The notes under the pieces: generated by a model
The model's database searches: none
The model's input: only the letters and a program-made list of their open reading frames with translations
Told to the model about the DNA's origin: nothing
Translations under genes and position numbers: made by a program
Shown here: piece by piece, positions 39,879 to 51,300 of the stretch
Numbering within the stretch: the stretch's first letter is position 1
How the letters are laid out: every line of letters starts with the position of its first letter
Assembly: GCA_963833095.1 (NCBI GenBank)
Contig: CAWHWQ010000008.1
Span: 96,001 to 160,000, forward strand
Length of the DNA stretch: 64,000 bases
Source of the DNA: Vulcanimicrobiota bacterium
Lineage (GTDB): Bacteria; Vulcanimicrobiota; Vulcanimicrobiia; Vulcanimicrobiales; Vulcanimicrobiaceae
Direction: 5' to 3'

Positions 39879-40327
39879 GGCGCGATCCAGAAGAGCTCAT
39901 CTCCCTGCGAGACCAGCTCGCCGTTCTCCGGAATGACGCGAGCGATACTTCCGCTGTAATCGCTTTGAATTTCGTTGAAGAGTTTCATCGCTTCCAAAAT
40001 GCAAAGCACCGACCCCACCTCGACGCGATCGCCGAGATTCACGAACGGTTCGGCGTCCGGTGAGGACGAGCGATAAAAGACACCGGTCAGCGGTGCGGTC
40101 ACCCGCTTGACGTTTGACGGTGCGACCGGGGCGCTCGCGGCCTCCGATGCCGAAGGGGCGGCGTATCCACCGGCACCGATCGCCGGTGCCACGATCTGCG
40201 CGCCCGCTTCGCGGCGCACGAGTTCGTAGACCGCATCGCCAACCTTGACTTTTATCCGGTCGAGATCGTGCTCGTGCATGATGTCGAGCAGAGAATGGAT
40301 CGTCTCGGATTCCTCTTCGAATGCCAT
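39875..40327 (-). CDS. accB: acetyl-CoA carboxylase biotin carboxyl carrier protein
   Basis: APLTGVFYR, EAMKLFNEI biotinylation motif. Confidence 0.92.
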   Translation of the reverse strand: MAFEEESETIHSLLDIMHEHDLDRIKVKVGDAVYELVRREAGAQIVAPAIGAGGYAAPSASEAASAPVAPSNVKRVTAPLTGVFYRSSSPDAEPFVNLGDRVEVGSVLCILEAMKLFNEIQSDYSGSIARVIPENGELVSQGDELFWIAP

Positions 40328-41601
40328 TACTGCGCCACTTCGGCAAGGGCGTCCGCAACGTCTGCCGCACGGCCAAGCGCGACCCGCCGGTCGCTACGGT
40401 CCTCGAGGTCGCGCAGGACCAGCTCCCCCGCAGCGAGCTCATCGCTGCCCAGAATCAGCGCAAACCGCGCGTGATTGCGGTCGGCAATCTTCAAGTGCGC
40501 AAGCAGCTTGCGCTCCTCGTAATCCATGAAGACCGGCTGCCCAAAGGTGCGGCGCAGCACGTCGACGAGCGGCAGCAGCGTTGCGCGAGCTTGCGCGCCC
40601 AGTGCGATCGCTTGAACGCCGCGCCGCGCGCGCGCGCGCTGGGGGTGCATCGCTTCGAGCATCATCAAGAAGCGCTCGAGGCCCAGCGCAAAGCCGACCG
40701 CCGGGACGTCGGGACCGCCAAGCGAGCGCACCAGTCCGTCGTAGCGACCGCCTCCGCAGACGGTGGACTGTGCGCCGAGCACGCTCGAAGTAATCTCAAA
40801 AACCGTACGCGTGTAGTAGTCGAGCCCCCGAACGATCGAGGCATCGACCACGTAGGGAATCTGCGCTGCGTCGAGATACGCGCGCAATGCGTCGAAGTGA
40901 TCGCGACACGCATCGCAAAGGACCGACAAAAAGGTGGGCGCACTGCGCACCAGCGCGAGGTCGCGTTCGTCTTTGCTATCGAGCACGCGCAGCGGATTGC
41001 GCTCGAGGCGGCGCTGCGAATCCGGTGAAAGCTCCGCGAGATGCGGGCGAAAATGCGCCAGCAACGCGTCACGGTAGCGCGGACGGCAGACCTCGTCGCC
41101 GATCGAGTTCACGCGGAGATGCGCATCGGTGAGCGCATAGCTACGCACCAGCTCCCACGCGAGCGAGATCACTTCGAAATCCGCTTCCGGGCCGGCATAG
41201 CCGGTACATTCGACGCCGAACTGATGCGCTTGGCGGTAGCGTCCCTTCTGCGGGCGCTCGTAGCGAAAGATCGGACCGACATAATAGAGACGCTGCGGAC
41301 CTTGCGAAAAGAGATTGTGCTCGAGCCCCGCGCGCATCACCGGTGCGGTCCACTCGGGCCGCAGCGTCATGCTGCGGTCACCCTTGTCGACGAAGGTGTA
41401 CATCTCTTTCTCGACGATGTCGGTGGTCTCGCCGACGCCGCGCACGAAAAGCTCGGTCGCTTCGAACATCGGCGTGCGAATCTCGCCGTAGCCAAAACGC
41501 TCGGCAAGCGCGTGGATACGCGCTTCGAGTTCGAGCCAGTCGGCGGAGACCGGCGGGAGAATGTCTTGTGTGCCGCGCGGTGCGGTAATTTTCGAGGGCA
41601 T
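40327..41601 (-). CDS. hisS: histidine--tRNA ligase
   Basis: PRGTQD, LRPEWTA, FRYERPQKGRYRQ, VRGLDYY, GGGRYD. Confidence 0.97.
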   Translation of the reverse strand: MPSKITAPRGTQDILPPVSADWLELEARIHALAERFGYGEIRTPMFEATELFVRGVGETTDIVEKEMYTFVDKGDRSMTLRPEWTAPVMRAGLEHNLFSQGPQRLYYVGPIFRYERPQKGRYRQAHQFGVECTGYAGPEADFEVISLAWELVRSYALTDAHLRVNSIGDEVCRPRYRDALLAHFRPHLAELSPDSQRRLERNPLRVLDSKDERDLALVRSAPTFLSVLCDACRDHFDALRAYLDAAQIPYVVDASIVRGLDYYTRTVFEITSSVLGAQSTVCGGGRYDGLVRSLGGPDVPAVGFALGLERFLMMLEAMHPQRARARRGVQAIALGAQARATLLPLVDVLRRTFGQPVFMDYEERKLLAHLKIADRNHARFALILGSDELAAGELVLRDLEDRSDRRVALGRAADVADALAEVAQ

Positions 41602-41668
41602 CTCTACAGGCCGACTTCGCGACACTCCCGATGAAACATTTTCCGCGCCGACGTGTTACGACTCAAGT

Positions 41669-42607
41669 ATGAGCACCTACGCACTCTTTGGCGCATCCGG
41701 TTCCACGGGTGCAAGCATCGCCTCCGCACTCGAGGCCGTGGGCCAGCAGTACCGCGTCGTTGGGCGCGACCGCGCGACGCTCCAGGCGGAATTCGGAAAT
41801 CGGCCGCTCGCCGAGATCACCGAGTGGAATCCCGACGACCCCGCATCGGTCCAAGCCGCCGCGACCGGCATCGATACGATCTTCTATCTCGTCGGCGTCC
41901 CCTACAATCATTTTGAACTGCATCCGCAGATCATGCGCGCGACGCTGAACGGTGCGATCGCGGCTGGCGTGAAACGCATCGTACTGCTCTCGCCGATTTA
42001 TAGTTACGGGCGGCCGGCGTCGGCGACCGTCGACGAATCGCATTCGCGCAACCCCGACACGTTTAAAGGCAAGATGCGCAAAGAGCAAGAGGATCTCGTG
42101 CTCACCGCCCACGCCGCCGGCCAAATCGAGGCCACGATTCTGCGCGTTCCGGATTTCTACGGCGGCGATCCCAAGAAGAGTTTAGTCGGCGATATTTTCG
42201 TTGCTGCGGTGAGCAAGCGCCGCGCCAACGTCATCGGTCCGATCGATAAGCCGCATCAATACGTCTTCATCGACGATATCGGCCCTGTCGCGCTCGCGCT
42301 CGCGCGCGAAGACCGCGCCTTCGGCAAAGCGTGGAACTTCGCCGGCTCGGGCACGATCACGCAGCGTGAGTTTGCAACAAAAGTGTTCGCGCAGGTTGGC
42401 CGCAAGCCGCAATTGATGGTAGCCAACCTCTTCATGCTGCGCTTGATCGGGCTGTTCGACCCGATCATGCGCGAGCTCGTCGAAATGAATTATCTTCAGA
42501 GCGATCCGGTGCTGCTCGACGACCACGCGTTACGCACGCTGCTTCCCGGAGTGCGCGTAACATCCTACGACGACGGTATCGCCCACGTCTTGTCGACGAC
42601 GGCCTAA
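41669..42607 (+). CDS. NAD-dependent epimerase/dehydratase (atypical SDR)
   Basis: FGASGSTG Rossmann motif, KGKMR, LRVPDFYG. Confidence 0.8.
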   Translation: MSTYALFGASGSTGASIASALEAVGQQYRVVGRDRATLQAEFGNRPLAEITEWNPDDPASVQAAATGIDTIFYLVGVPYNHFELHPQIMRATLNGAIAAGVKRIVLLSPIYSYGRPASATVDESHSRNPDTFKGKMRKEQEDLVLTAHAAGQIEATILRVPDFYGGDPKKSLVGDIFVAAVSKRRANVIGPIDKPHQYVFIDDIGPVALALAREDRAFGKAWNFAGSGTITQREFATKVFAQVGRKPQLMVANLFMLRLIGLFDPIMRELVEMNYLQSDPVLLDDHALRTLLPGVRVTSYDDGIAHVLSTTA

Positions 42608-43620
42608 TTTTCGAGCGGTACCGCGGCGTCGCTTTCGATCAACCCTTCAGATCGAAGATCGGACCAGAACGCCTGCGGAATATTCGTCTTGAGCGAGGTG
42701 TAGTCGGCGAGCACCTGCTGTGGACTCGCGCAACCGACGACCAATGCGGCCGCGACGTCCGGCGCAACCGAAAACCGCAGCGAGGCTGTGCGAAGATCGA
42801 CACCGTACCGTGCGGCAACCGCACGCAGCGCAGCGCGCTTCTCGATGGCCTGCGCCGGAATCTTGTAATTCTCGCTGCCGTAATTGAAGCGGGCGCTGCC
42901 ACTGATGAAGCCCGCGTTGAGCGACGAGCCGACGACGAAGCCCATTCCGCGCTCGCGTGCCCTGGGAAAGACCTGATGCAGCGCAGGCTCATGATCGATC
43001 AGCGAGTATTGACGCGCCAGGAGACAGACGTTCGCATCCGCGACGTCGAGCAGCTTGAGAATCGGTTCGGGTGAGTTGACGCCAAGCCCCCAGCCTTTTA
43101 TTACGCCTTGGTCGCGCAATTTACTCAACGCCGGGAACGCGCCCTTGCGCGCGATTTCAAATTGCTCTTCCCACGGCCCCGGGAGCCACGGATTATCCGG
43201 CGAGAGATCGTGAACGAACACGACGTCGAGGGCATCGACGCCTAACCGCTGCAGGCTGTCTTCGATCGAGCGCTTGACGCCGTCGGCAGTGTAATCGTAG
43301 CGGAGGTTGTTCGGCGAGGGCGTGAATGGAAAGTATTGCTTCGCATTATTGTTGCGCGACGCCGTAAGTAATTTACCGACCTTTGAAGATAAGATGTACT
43401 CGCTGCGCGTTTGTTTGTGCAGGAACGTGCCGAGACGCCGCTCTGCCAGCCCCAAACCGTACCAGGGAGACGTGTCGTAGTAGCGCACCCCGGCGTTCCA
43501 TGCGGCTTCGATCGTCGCGTAGGCGATTTCATCGGTGACGTACGCAAACTCGTTGCCGAACGGCACGCCGCCGAGACCAAAGGTCTTTTCCGGGAAGATT
43601 TCAAACGCGTTCATACCCAC
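42604..43620 (-). CDS. aldo/keto reductase (D-threo-aldose dehydrogenase-like)
   Basis: GLGG, YYDTSPWYGLGLAERRLG, SKVG, SIEDSLQRLG, VHD. Confidence 0.9.
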   Translation of the reverse strand: MGMNAFEIFPEKTFGLGGVPFGNEFAYVTDEIAYATIEAAWNAGVRYYDTSPWYGLGLAERRLGTFLHKQTRSEYILSSKVGKLLTASRNNNAKQYFPFTPSPNNLRYDYTADGVKRSIEDSLQRLGVDALDVVFVHDLSPDNPWLPGPWEEQFEIARKGAFPALSKLRDQGVIKGWGLGVNSPEPILKLLDVADANVCLLARQYSLIDHEPALHQVFPRARERGMGFVVGSSLNAGFISGSARFNYGSENYKIPAQAIEKRAALRAVAARYGVDLRTASLRFSVAPDVAAALVVGCASPQQVLADYTSLKTNIPQAFWSDLRSEGLIESDAAVPLEN

Positions 43621-43687
43621 GCTTATCCCCGCGTCGCCTGGGGTCTAACGCTCTAGACGCCACAGAGCTTCGGCGTGATGGTAGCAC

Positions 43688-44806
43688 ATGCGTTTGAGCT
43701 GCGCCATCCTGCTTGTGATCGCGATCGCGGCAATCGCGCCGCAAACGACGATGGCCCTGTGCGCCGGCGCCGTCAGCGTGCTCCTCGAATCCCTACCCTA
43801 CCTGGCCGTCGCGGCTTTATGTTCACCCTTGGCTGGGCGCTATACACACGCGCTCGTCGCCTACGCCGGTTGCGGCTGCGCAACGGGCCCAAGCGCGCGA
43901 TCGATTCCGGCCGCAGTTGCGACTGCCGCGATCTTCGGCCTGCCGGTCGCAATAGCGCGCGTTGCCGCGGCGACCGCGATGTCGCGTTTCGTTCGCGGGC
44001 ACGATCACGACGCGCGAATCGACGTCCTTGGCGAGGTCGCTTCGCTCATTCCGGCCGCGCTGCTCTCGGCGTCGATCATGCTGATGCTGCCGTCGCTGGC
44101 GCTACACAGTTTGCCGGGGCCGCTCCTCTTCGTCGGCGGTGCGCTGCTCGGCGTCGTGGCATCACCCTGTGCGCTCGGCGGCGTTGCACTCGCGGCATCG
44201 CTCCATGCAACCGCTCCATTCGCCGGCGCCGGCGTGCTGTGCACCGCGGGTATCGTGCCGAACGTGTGGCGGCGGCGAACCCACGCTGCGCTGCACGACC
44301 CGTGGACCTACGCTTTGTTTTCGCTTGCCTGCGCGCTCGTCGCCGCGCGCCACGGCGGGGCGCTCGTGCATCCGCGCATGACGATTCCGCTCGCCCTTAC
44401 GGCGTTTGCGTGTTTGTTATTTGCCTGGCGCTTTCGCGCGTGCAACGCAGGCTCGCCCCGCTTCCTTGCCGCCTCAGTGCTTGCCGTCGTCGTCATCGGT
44501 GCACCCGTTCCAGCGTATCACGTCACCGAAACGACGCTTGCGGATGGCTTCGCGGGCGAGCATATGGACTTCACCGGCATTGCCGTTGCGGAGAACGGCG
44601 CGTCCGCACTCGTGCGCTATGCGATCACCTGTTGCCGCGCTGACGCCGCACCGGTCGCGCTTGCGCTCGATCGCAACCTCGCGCGTGTTAAAGGGCGTTG
44701 GATGCACGCGAGTGGAACGCTTGAGCGTAACGGCGCAGAGCTACGACTGCGTGTTGACCGCCTCGACCCGGTTACGCCGCCGGCCGATCCGTTCGTGTAC
44801 CGCTAG
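43688..44806 (+). CDS. putative permease with C-terminal DUF1980/YcgQ-like domain
   Basis: LLESLPY N-terminus, GCGC and SPCA, multiple TMs; C-terminal RYAITCCRADA and DPFVY. Confidence 0.65.
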   Translation: MRLSCAILLVIAIAAIAPQTTMALCAGAVSVLLESLPYLAVAALCSPLAGRYTHALVAYAGCGCATGPSARSIPAAVATAAIFGLPVAIARVAAATAMSRFVRGHDHDARIDVLGEVASLIPAALLSASIMLMLPSLALHSLPGPLLFVGGALLGVVASPCALGGVALAASLHATAPFAGAGVLCTAGIVPNVWRRRTHAALHDPWTYALFSLACALVAARHGGALVHPRMTIPLALTAFACLLFAWRFRACNAGSPRFLAASVLAVVVIGAPVPAYHVTETTLADGFAGEHMDFTGIAVAENGASALVRYAITCCRADAAPVALALDRNLARVKGRWMHASGTLERNGAELRLRVDRLDPVTPPADPFVYR

Positions 44807-45204
44807 GAGAGCACGGCGGCCTTTCGCGGCTCCAATACCTCGACCGGAATCCCGTTGGGATCTTCGATAAAGGCGATCGCGCGCGTGCCGCTCGGCGATT
44901 TATAGGCGTCTTTGAGAATCTTCACGCCGCGCTCACGCAGTTGCGCGATGTACGGCTCGAGTTCGCCGTCGGCTTCGATCGCCAAATGCTCGTAGCGATT
45001 GCCGATCGTATACGGCGAATGCTCTTCCAAATCGTAGACCAACTCGATATACGCATTCCAATCCGAGCCGACGAACGCCATGTCGGCGTTACCGGGATAG
45101 TGGAACGGACCGTCGAGCAATTTGAGCCCAAGCTTGTTGGTGTAGAAGTCGATCGACTCATCCATGTTGTTCACGAAGATCGATGTATGCAGAAAGCGTG
45201 GCAT
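44803..45204 (-). CDS. VOC/glyoxalase I family protein
   Basis: FLHT...SIDFY, IEL, YEHLA, FIEDPNGIPVE. Confidence 0.88.
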   Translation of the reverse strand: MPRFLHTSIFVNNMDESIDFYTNKLGLKLLDGPFHYPGNADMAFVGSDWNAYIELVYDLEEHSPYTIGNRYEHLAIEADGELEPYIAQLRERGVKILKDAYKSPSGTRAIAFIEDPNGIPVEVLEPRKAAVLS

Positions 45205-45278
45205 GTCAGGTCCTTTCCTACCGGGACTTTCGGCTCAGCAACCAGGGCCATTCTCGGTTGGGGAAAAATAGCGTTTGC

Positions 45279-46748
45279 ATGAAGTTATTTGCAGTAGCGG
45301 CGTTCGTCTTCGTATTGCTATTCCCCGTTGCGGGCCGGGGCGCCGATGATGCGGCTTGGTTAAAGTATACCCACCACGGATACACGGGATTCAATTTCGG
45401 CGACGGGACGATTCATACGTTAGCCTACGACTTCACCGACACGTATAACAAGAAGCCCGTCTCGAACGGGCATGTCGTGCGCGCCGGGCTCGCCTACCGA
45501 AAAAGCGTCCACTGGTCGGACGAGAATACCGATTCGAGTGATGGTTTTACCGGATCGCTTTTCTGGTATTCCGACGCGAACGGCTTTCCCACAAAGCTCG
45601 AAGGCAATGACGTCCCTTCCACCTACGCCGAAGACCTGATCGAGACCGACGCAATCGCCGCGCTACCTTGGAGCTACGAGCGCACCGTCACGGAGTCCGG
45701 CGCCGATTTGGCGGCAGTCCGCGTGACGCTCAACAACGGGTTCCCGATCGAGCTCTATGTCGACCGCGCAAGCGGCGCGTATAAACGCGTCGTGCTCGAC
45801 CCCGGCGGAGCGTACGAGATGTCGCTCGATAACATCGTGTATAGGGAAGCGCAGCCGGGGCTGCGAGTCATCACGGCGATGCAATACGGAAAAGATGGCG
45901 ATCGTCTGACCGTCGATCATGTCGTCCTCAACCCTTTGGTCGCGGACGTGGACCTGCAGCCGCCGTCACGCACCGCGCAGTGGAAATTTGGCACCGGCAC
46001 CGTGCCGCTCACACTCACTCACGATCGCATCGTCGTGCACGCATCGGTAAATGGCGTCCCCGGTACTTTTCTCCTCGATACAGGTGCCGCCGGCATTTTT
46101 TTCACCGGCGATTTTGCGCGGCGCGCGCACATCACGCATGCCACGGGCCACGGTTCCGCGATCTCATTATATGGGACTGAGAAGACCGATATCGGGCGCA
46201 TCGACAGCTTGCAGATCGGCGACAGCACGCTGACAAACGCGCTCGTATACTACGGGATGGCCTCGTTTGATGTGTGGGGGCCGGACGGCTTGCTGGGTTA
46301 CGGCGCGCTCGCCGGAGCCTACGTTTCGGTCAACCTCAAGGATGCAACCATGACGTTGCGGGACGCCGCGGATGTGGATCCCGCGTCCACCGGTGGTATG
46401 GTCGTTCCCGCAAGTTTTGCCGGAGGCCAGCCATCGATCGCGATGCTCCTGAACAAGCGGCTCACGTTCGACGCGGTCGTCGATACGGGAAATCCGGGCG
46501 GCGTGGTCATCCCTGCGCGCATCATCTCCGGCTACGGACTTCACTTCTACCAGCCGGATTCTGGTCCGTGCGGTCGTCTCGATACCTTGTCGATCGGAAC
46601 GCTGAACTACGACTCACCGGACGCGTGCGTGGCATTCGGAGGCGGCGGTCGCTGGCTCCTCGCCGGTATGGATTTTCTTCGCAAGTTCGATCGCATCGAT
46701 TTCGACTATCCGCTTGGCGACGTGGTGCTCTTTCCGAAGAAAGAATAA
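45279..46748 (+). CDS. secreted retropepsin-like aspartyl protease with two domains
   Basis: Signal peptide; FLLDTGA...DGLLG and VVDTGN...LAGMDFL. Confidence 0.8.
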   Translation: MKLFAVAAFVFVLLFPVAGRGADDAAWLKYTHHGYTGFNFGDGTIHTLAYDFTDTYNKKPVSNGHVVRAGLAYRKSVHWSDENTDSSDGFTGSLFWYSDANGFPTKLEGNDVPSTYAEDLIETDAIAALPWSYERTVTESGADLAAVRVTLNNGFPIELYVDRASGAYKRVVLDPGGAYEMSLDNIVYREAQPGLRVITAMQYGKDGDRLTVDHVVLNPLVADVDLQPPSRTAQWKFGTGTVPLTLTHDRIVVHASVNGVPGTFLLDTGAAGIFFTGDFARRAHITHATGHGSAISLYGTEKTDIGRIDSLQIGDSTLTNALVYYGMASFDVWGPDGLLGYGALAGAYVSVNLKDATMTLRDAADVDPASTGGMVVPASFAGGQPSIAMLLNKRLTFDAVVDTGNPGGVVIPARIISGYGLHFYQPDSGPCGRLDTLSIGTLNYDSPDACVAFGGGGRWLLAGMDFLRKFDRIDFDYPLGDVVLFPKKE

Positions 46749-46751
46749 CAG

Positions 46752-48325
46752 TCAGTGAAGGAAGTATCGGTAGCTTGAAAACACGAGCGATACCCCGTGC
46801 TTGTCGGCGGCTGCAATCACCTCGTCGTCGCGTACCGAGCCGCCGGGCGCGATGATCGCCGTGCAGCCGGCGGCAACCGCCGCCTCGAGCCCGTCAGCGA
46901 AGGGGAAGAAGCCGTCGCTTGCGCACGCAGCGCCGCGAGCACCGTCGCCGGCACGATGCGCCGCGATCACGACCGCGCTCACGCGATTGGTTTGCCCGGC
47001 GCAGATCCCGCGCGTCGTGCCGCCGTTGACGATCACGATGCCGTTGGACTTGACGTGGCGCACGACGTCCCAGGCGAGCGCTAGGTCATGCCATTCTTGC
47101 GCGCTGGGTTGACGCTTCGAAACGACCCTCCATTCTTCGGGGGGCGCCGCGGGATTGTCGTCTTCGGCGAGCACGCCCCCGAGCGCACTACGCACGCGCA
47201 GTTCGCGCGCGAGCTCGTCGGGAAGCGAGGGGACGAAGCGCATGATGCGCAGATTCTTTTTTTCTTGAGCAGCTCGAGCGCCGCCGCATCGAAGGCCGGC
47301 GCGGCCACGATCTCGAGAAAAAATTTCGACAGCGATTGCGCCGCTTCGATATCGATCGTCGCATCCGTTGCAACGATACCGCCGTAGGCCGAGACCGCGT
47401 CGGCCTCGAGCGCATCGTGCACCGCTTTGCCGACGGTCGAACGCTGCGCGACGCCGCACGGCACCGTATGCTTCACCACTGCTGCGCGCACGAAACGTTC
47501 GTGCTCGCTGCCAAAGGTCGCGCCCAGCGGTGCGCGCGAGAGCAATCGCAGCGTCGCGTCCAAATCGAGTAAATTATTGTACGAAAGCGCCTTGCCGTGC
47601 AGTTGTTCGGGCAAACGGTCCGGACGGTCGAGATAGAATGCGGCACGATTTTGCGGATTGGTTCCATAGCGTAAGCGCTGCATGAGCGGCAGCGTCACGG
47701 TGAGAGCGCCGGGAAGATCGCTGGGCAGCACCGAGCCTTCGGTAGCGAGATAGTGCGCGATCGCCGCGTCGTACTCGGCGGTACGTTCGAAGGCTGCAAT
47801 CGCGAACTCGCGGCGCATTTGCGTGGGCACGGTGCCCGCTTCCAGCGCCGCAATGAATTTCTCGTATTGCGACGGATGCGTGAGCACTGCGACGTGATCA
47901 AAATTCTTGGCTGCCGCGCGCAGCAGCGAGACCCCGCCGATATCGATCTGCTCGATCGCTTCAGCGTGCGTCGTTCCGCCCTTAGCTACCGTGGCTTCAA
48001 ATGGATAGAGATTCGCCGCCACGGTCGTGATCGGCGCGATCGCGTACTTTTCCGCCTGGGTTTGATGGTCGGGGTTGTCGCGATCGTAAAGGATGGCGCC
48101 GAACACCTTGGGATGCAGGGTCTTCACGCGCCCGTCAAAGAGTGGCGGGAATCCGGTCATCTCACCGACGTCTTGCGCGGGAACCCCGTGATCTTGCAGA
48201 TACTGCTTCGTTCCGCCGGTCGCGTAGATGACCGTACCGCGCTCGTGCAATGCGCGCGCGAGTTCCACCGATCCGCTCTTGTCCGAAAGTGAAAAGAGGG
48301 CCGCCGGTTTGGTTCGATCAGGCAA
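46752..48325 (-). CDS. purH: bifunctional AICAR formyltransferase/IMP cyclohydrolase (frameshift at a homopolymer)
   Basis: ALFSLSDK, GRVKTLHP, IDIGG, LRYGTNPQ, LSYNN, HVKSN, ASDGFFPF. Confidence 0.95.
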
Positions 48326-51300
48326 GTGCCAGCTCCGGATGGCGCTCCGCAGAGAGCGTGGCGGCTATGATCGTGCTCACGCCCGGCTCTTTCATCGTTA
48401 CGCCGTACATCCGGTCTGCAAGCTCCATCGTCTTCTTGTTGTGCGTGACGATGATCATCTGCGAGTCGCTCGCGAGCTCACGCACCATATCCGAGAAGCG
48501 TTCGACGTTAGCGTCGTCGAGCGCCGCGTCGACTTCGTCGAGCAGATAGAAGGGCGATGGCTTGACTGCAATGAGCGCAAAGATCAGCGCGGCTGCCGTC
48601 ATCGCGCGTTCACCGCCCGAAAGCGCCGTTAGCGCCATCAGTTTCTTGCCCGGGGGTTGCACCGAGATTTCGATTCCGGTTTCTGAAAGATTCTCGGGGT
48701 TGGTCTGCCACATCTTGGCGTCGCCACCGGGGAAGAGTTTGCCATACATTTCGGTAAACGCGGTCGCGACTTTCTCGAACGTCGCGTTGAAGAGCGCCTG
48801 TGACTGCGCCTCGATCTCCTTGATCGATTCGAGCAACGTCTCGCGCGCCTTGGCGAGATCTTCCATCTGCGTGCGTAGAAACGTCTCGCGTTCCCCAACT
48901 TCTTCACGCTCGGCCTCAGCGTTGAGATTGACGTTGGCCGAGAGCCGCGCAAGCTCTTCGCGCAGCCGCGGCAGATCGTCGATCACCGTATCGGCCTCGT
49001 CGGCGTAGCGACCCTCGACGTCGTGACACTCGTCATCGGTCGCGGGATTCTGCGCGAACTGCGAGACGAGCATCCCGAGCTCCGCTTCGATTTCGGCCAG
49101 GCGCGTGCGATGGCGCTCGCCGCCGGCAACCGCTTCACGTTCGTCGTTCTCGGCTGAGCGCAGATCGGCTTCGAGTTGCAGGAGCCCGTTGGCCATCGTT
49201 TCGCGCTCGCGGCGCGCGACGTCGAGTTTGGCGTCGAGATCGCTGACACCGCGCCGCAGGCCCTCGACGTGGGCGTGCGCGTTACGCGTCTGTTCAGCTA
49301 GTCCGCCGATCTCCGCAAGCATCTGCTCGCGCGCGAGTCGCGCGCGCTCGCTATCTTGATCCAGCATGCCGAGCCGTCCGCGTGAGGCGTCGCGTTCCGC
49401 AGTAAGCGCCGCGACGCGTTCGCGTAAATCGCCGGCGCGATGGCTCGCTTGGAGTTGCGCTTCTTCGGCGCGTGCGATCTCTTCGCGCGCTCGCGCAAGC
49501 TCGGCTTCGAGCGCGGCCCGCTCTTCGTCGCTGTGCACCGCGTCGGCTTCGGGTCCTTCGAGCACCCGTTCACGCTCGCGCGCGTCGCGCGCCCGCACCA
49601 GCACGTCTTCGACGGTCACGTGAGCGCGCGCAACTTCGCTGTGCATGCGCTCCAAGTCGCTGGCGAGTGCGGCCATCTCGGTCCGTAGCTCCGCGCTCTG
49701 AAGTTCGACGCGCCCAAGTCCTTCGCGCGCCGCATCGCGCTCGGCCACGGCGTTCTCGACGCGGACACCGGCCGTGGCCGCTGCATGCTCGAGTGTTTCC
49801 AGTTTCGCGCGCATGCCGGTGAGAGCTTCGCGCAGTGTCTGCGCTTGCACGCGACGCGAAAGAATCGAGCGCTCGCGATGGAAGCGCCCGCCGGTTATCG
49901 CACCACCGCCCGCGATTTGCTCGCCCGAGAGGGTCACGATCGTGTCGCGCAAGCCGCGCTCGCGGACCAAATGGATGCCGGTCTGCAGCGTATCGACGAC
50001 CAGCACGTTGCCGACCAAGAAGCGCACGACGCCTTCGTATTCGGGCTGCGTACGCAGAAGCGTATGCGCATACCCGATCACACCGGGCTGGCTCCCGAGT
50101 TCTGCGGTCATCGTTTTGGCGTCGCGATTGCCCAGCGTATCGAGCGGCAAGAAGGTCGCGCGCCCCTGCTCGCTGCGATTGAGGAATTCGATCGCGCGCT
50201 CGGCGTCCTCGGACGTGGTGGTGATGATGTTCGAGAGTCGCGCACCGAAGGCGACGTCCATAGCGCGCGCGTAACGTTCCTCGGTCGTGATGACGTTTGA
50301 GACAATGCCTTCGATCCCGCGAAGATCGCCGCGCTGCCATGCTTCAACCACGGCACGTGTGCCGGGCACGTGTCCCTCGAGCGAATTCTCCAACTCCTCG
50401 ATCGTGTGCAGGCGCGATTCGGCGCCCTTGACTTCACCGGTTTGATCGCGATGCGCGGCGAGCGCATCGCCTAGTTCGCTCTGCGCGCGCGTCAGCGCTG
50501 CCTCGGCAGCATCACTGCGTTCGCGTCCGCCGGTAAAGTGGGCTTCGAGCGCGCCCAGCTGCGCCTCGCGTTCGGCGTATTTCTGCGACGCTGTTCCCGC
50601 AGTCATTTCCAACTGCGCGACGTGCTCGCGCGCGGCGTGCGCCTCTCCCTCCAAACGCTCGGCCTCTGCGCGCAGGTTCTCGCCCTGCACGCGCCGCTCA
50701 GCACGTTTGGCTGCACCCTGCGCCACGTGGGTTTCCACTTCGCGCAGGCGGGTGAAGATCGCATCGAGTTGCGCGCGCGCCTGCGCGAGCGAGGTTTGCG
50801 CCTGCAGCTCAGCCTCGCGTCCGGCCTCGAGCTCGCCCGCCAGCGGCGCCAGGCGCGCTTCGAGACGCTCGATGGTGACGCTGAGCGATTCACGCTCGGC
50901 TTGCACGCGCGCCGCGTCTTCGTGGGTTTGCGTCGACTGCGATTCAAGGGTTTCCCGGCGCGCGAGCGCAGCGGCGTAGTCGGCTTCGATCCGCGACAGT
51001 TCCGCCCGTTTGCTTTGCGCTTGCCCGCGTATCTCTTCGAGTTGCAGCTCTTGCTGGTACGCACGCGTGCGTAACTCAGCCAGATTCGCACCCAGCTGCG
51101 CGACCTTCGCGGCCGCCGCACCGCGCACGTCTTCTTGTTTCTCGAGTTCGCTGCGAAGCGTTTCACGTTCTGAACGGCGCGATGCGCTCGCGCGCATGTA
51201 CGATAGTATTTCAAGATCGCGAACGCGCGCGCTCACCTTACGGTAGCGTTTGGCGCGGCGCACCTGCGTATCGAGTTCGGGAATGCGCCGCTCGAGTTCG

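Noticed and set aside
47251..47270. purH frameshift at an A7 run as a possible programmed -1 frameshift
   Set aside because: A_AAA_AAG is not in the slippery phase; one missing base in a homopolymer explains it
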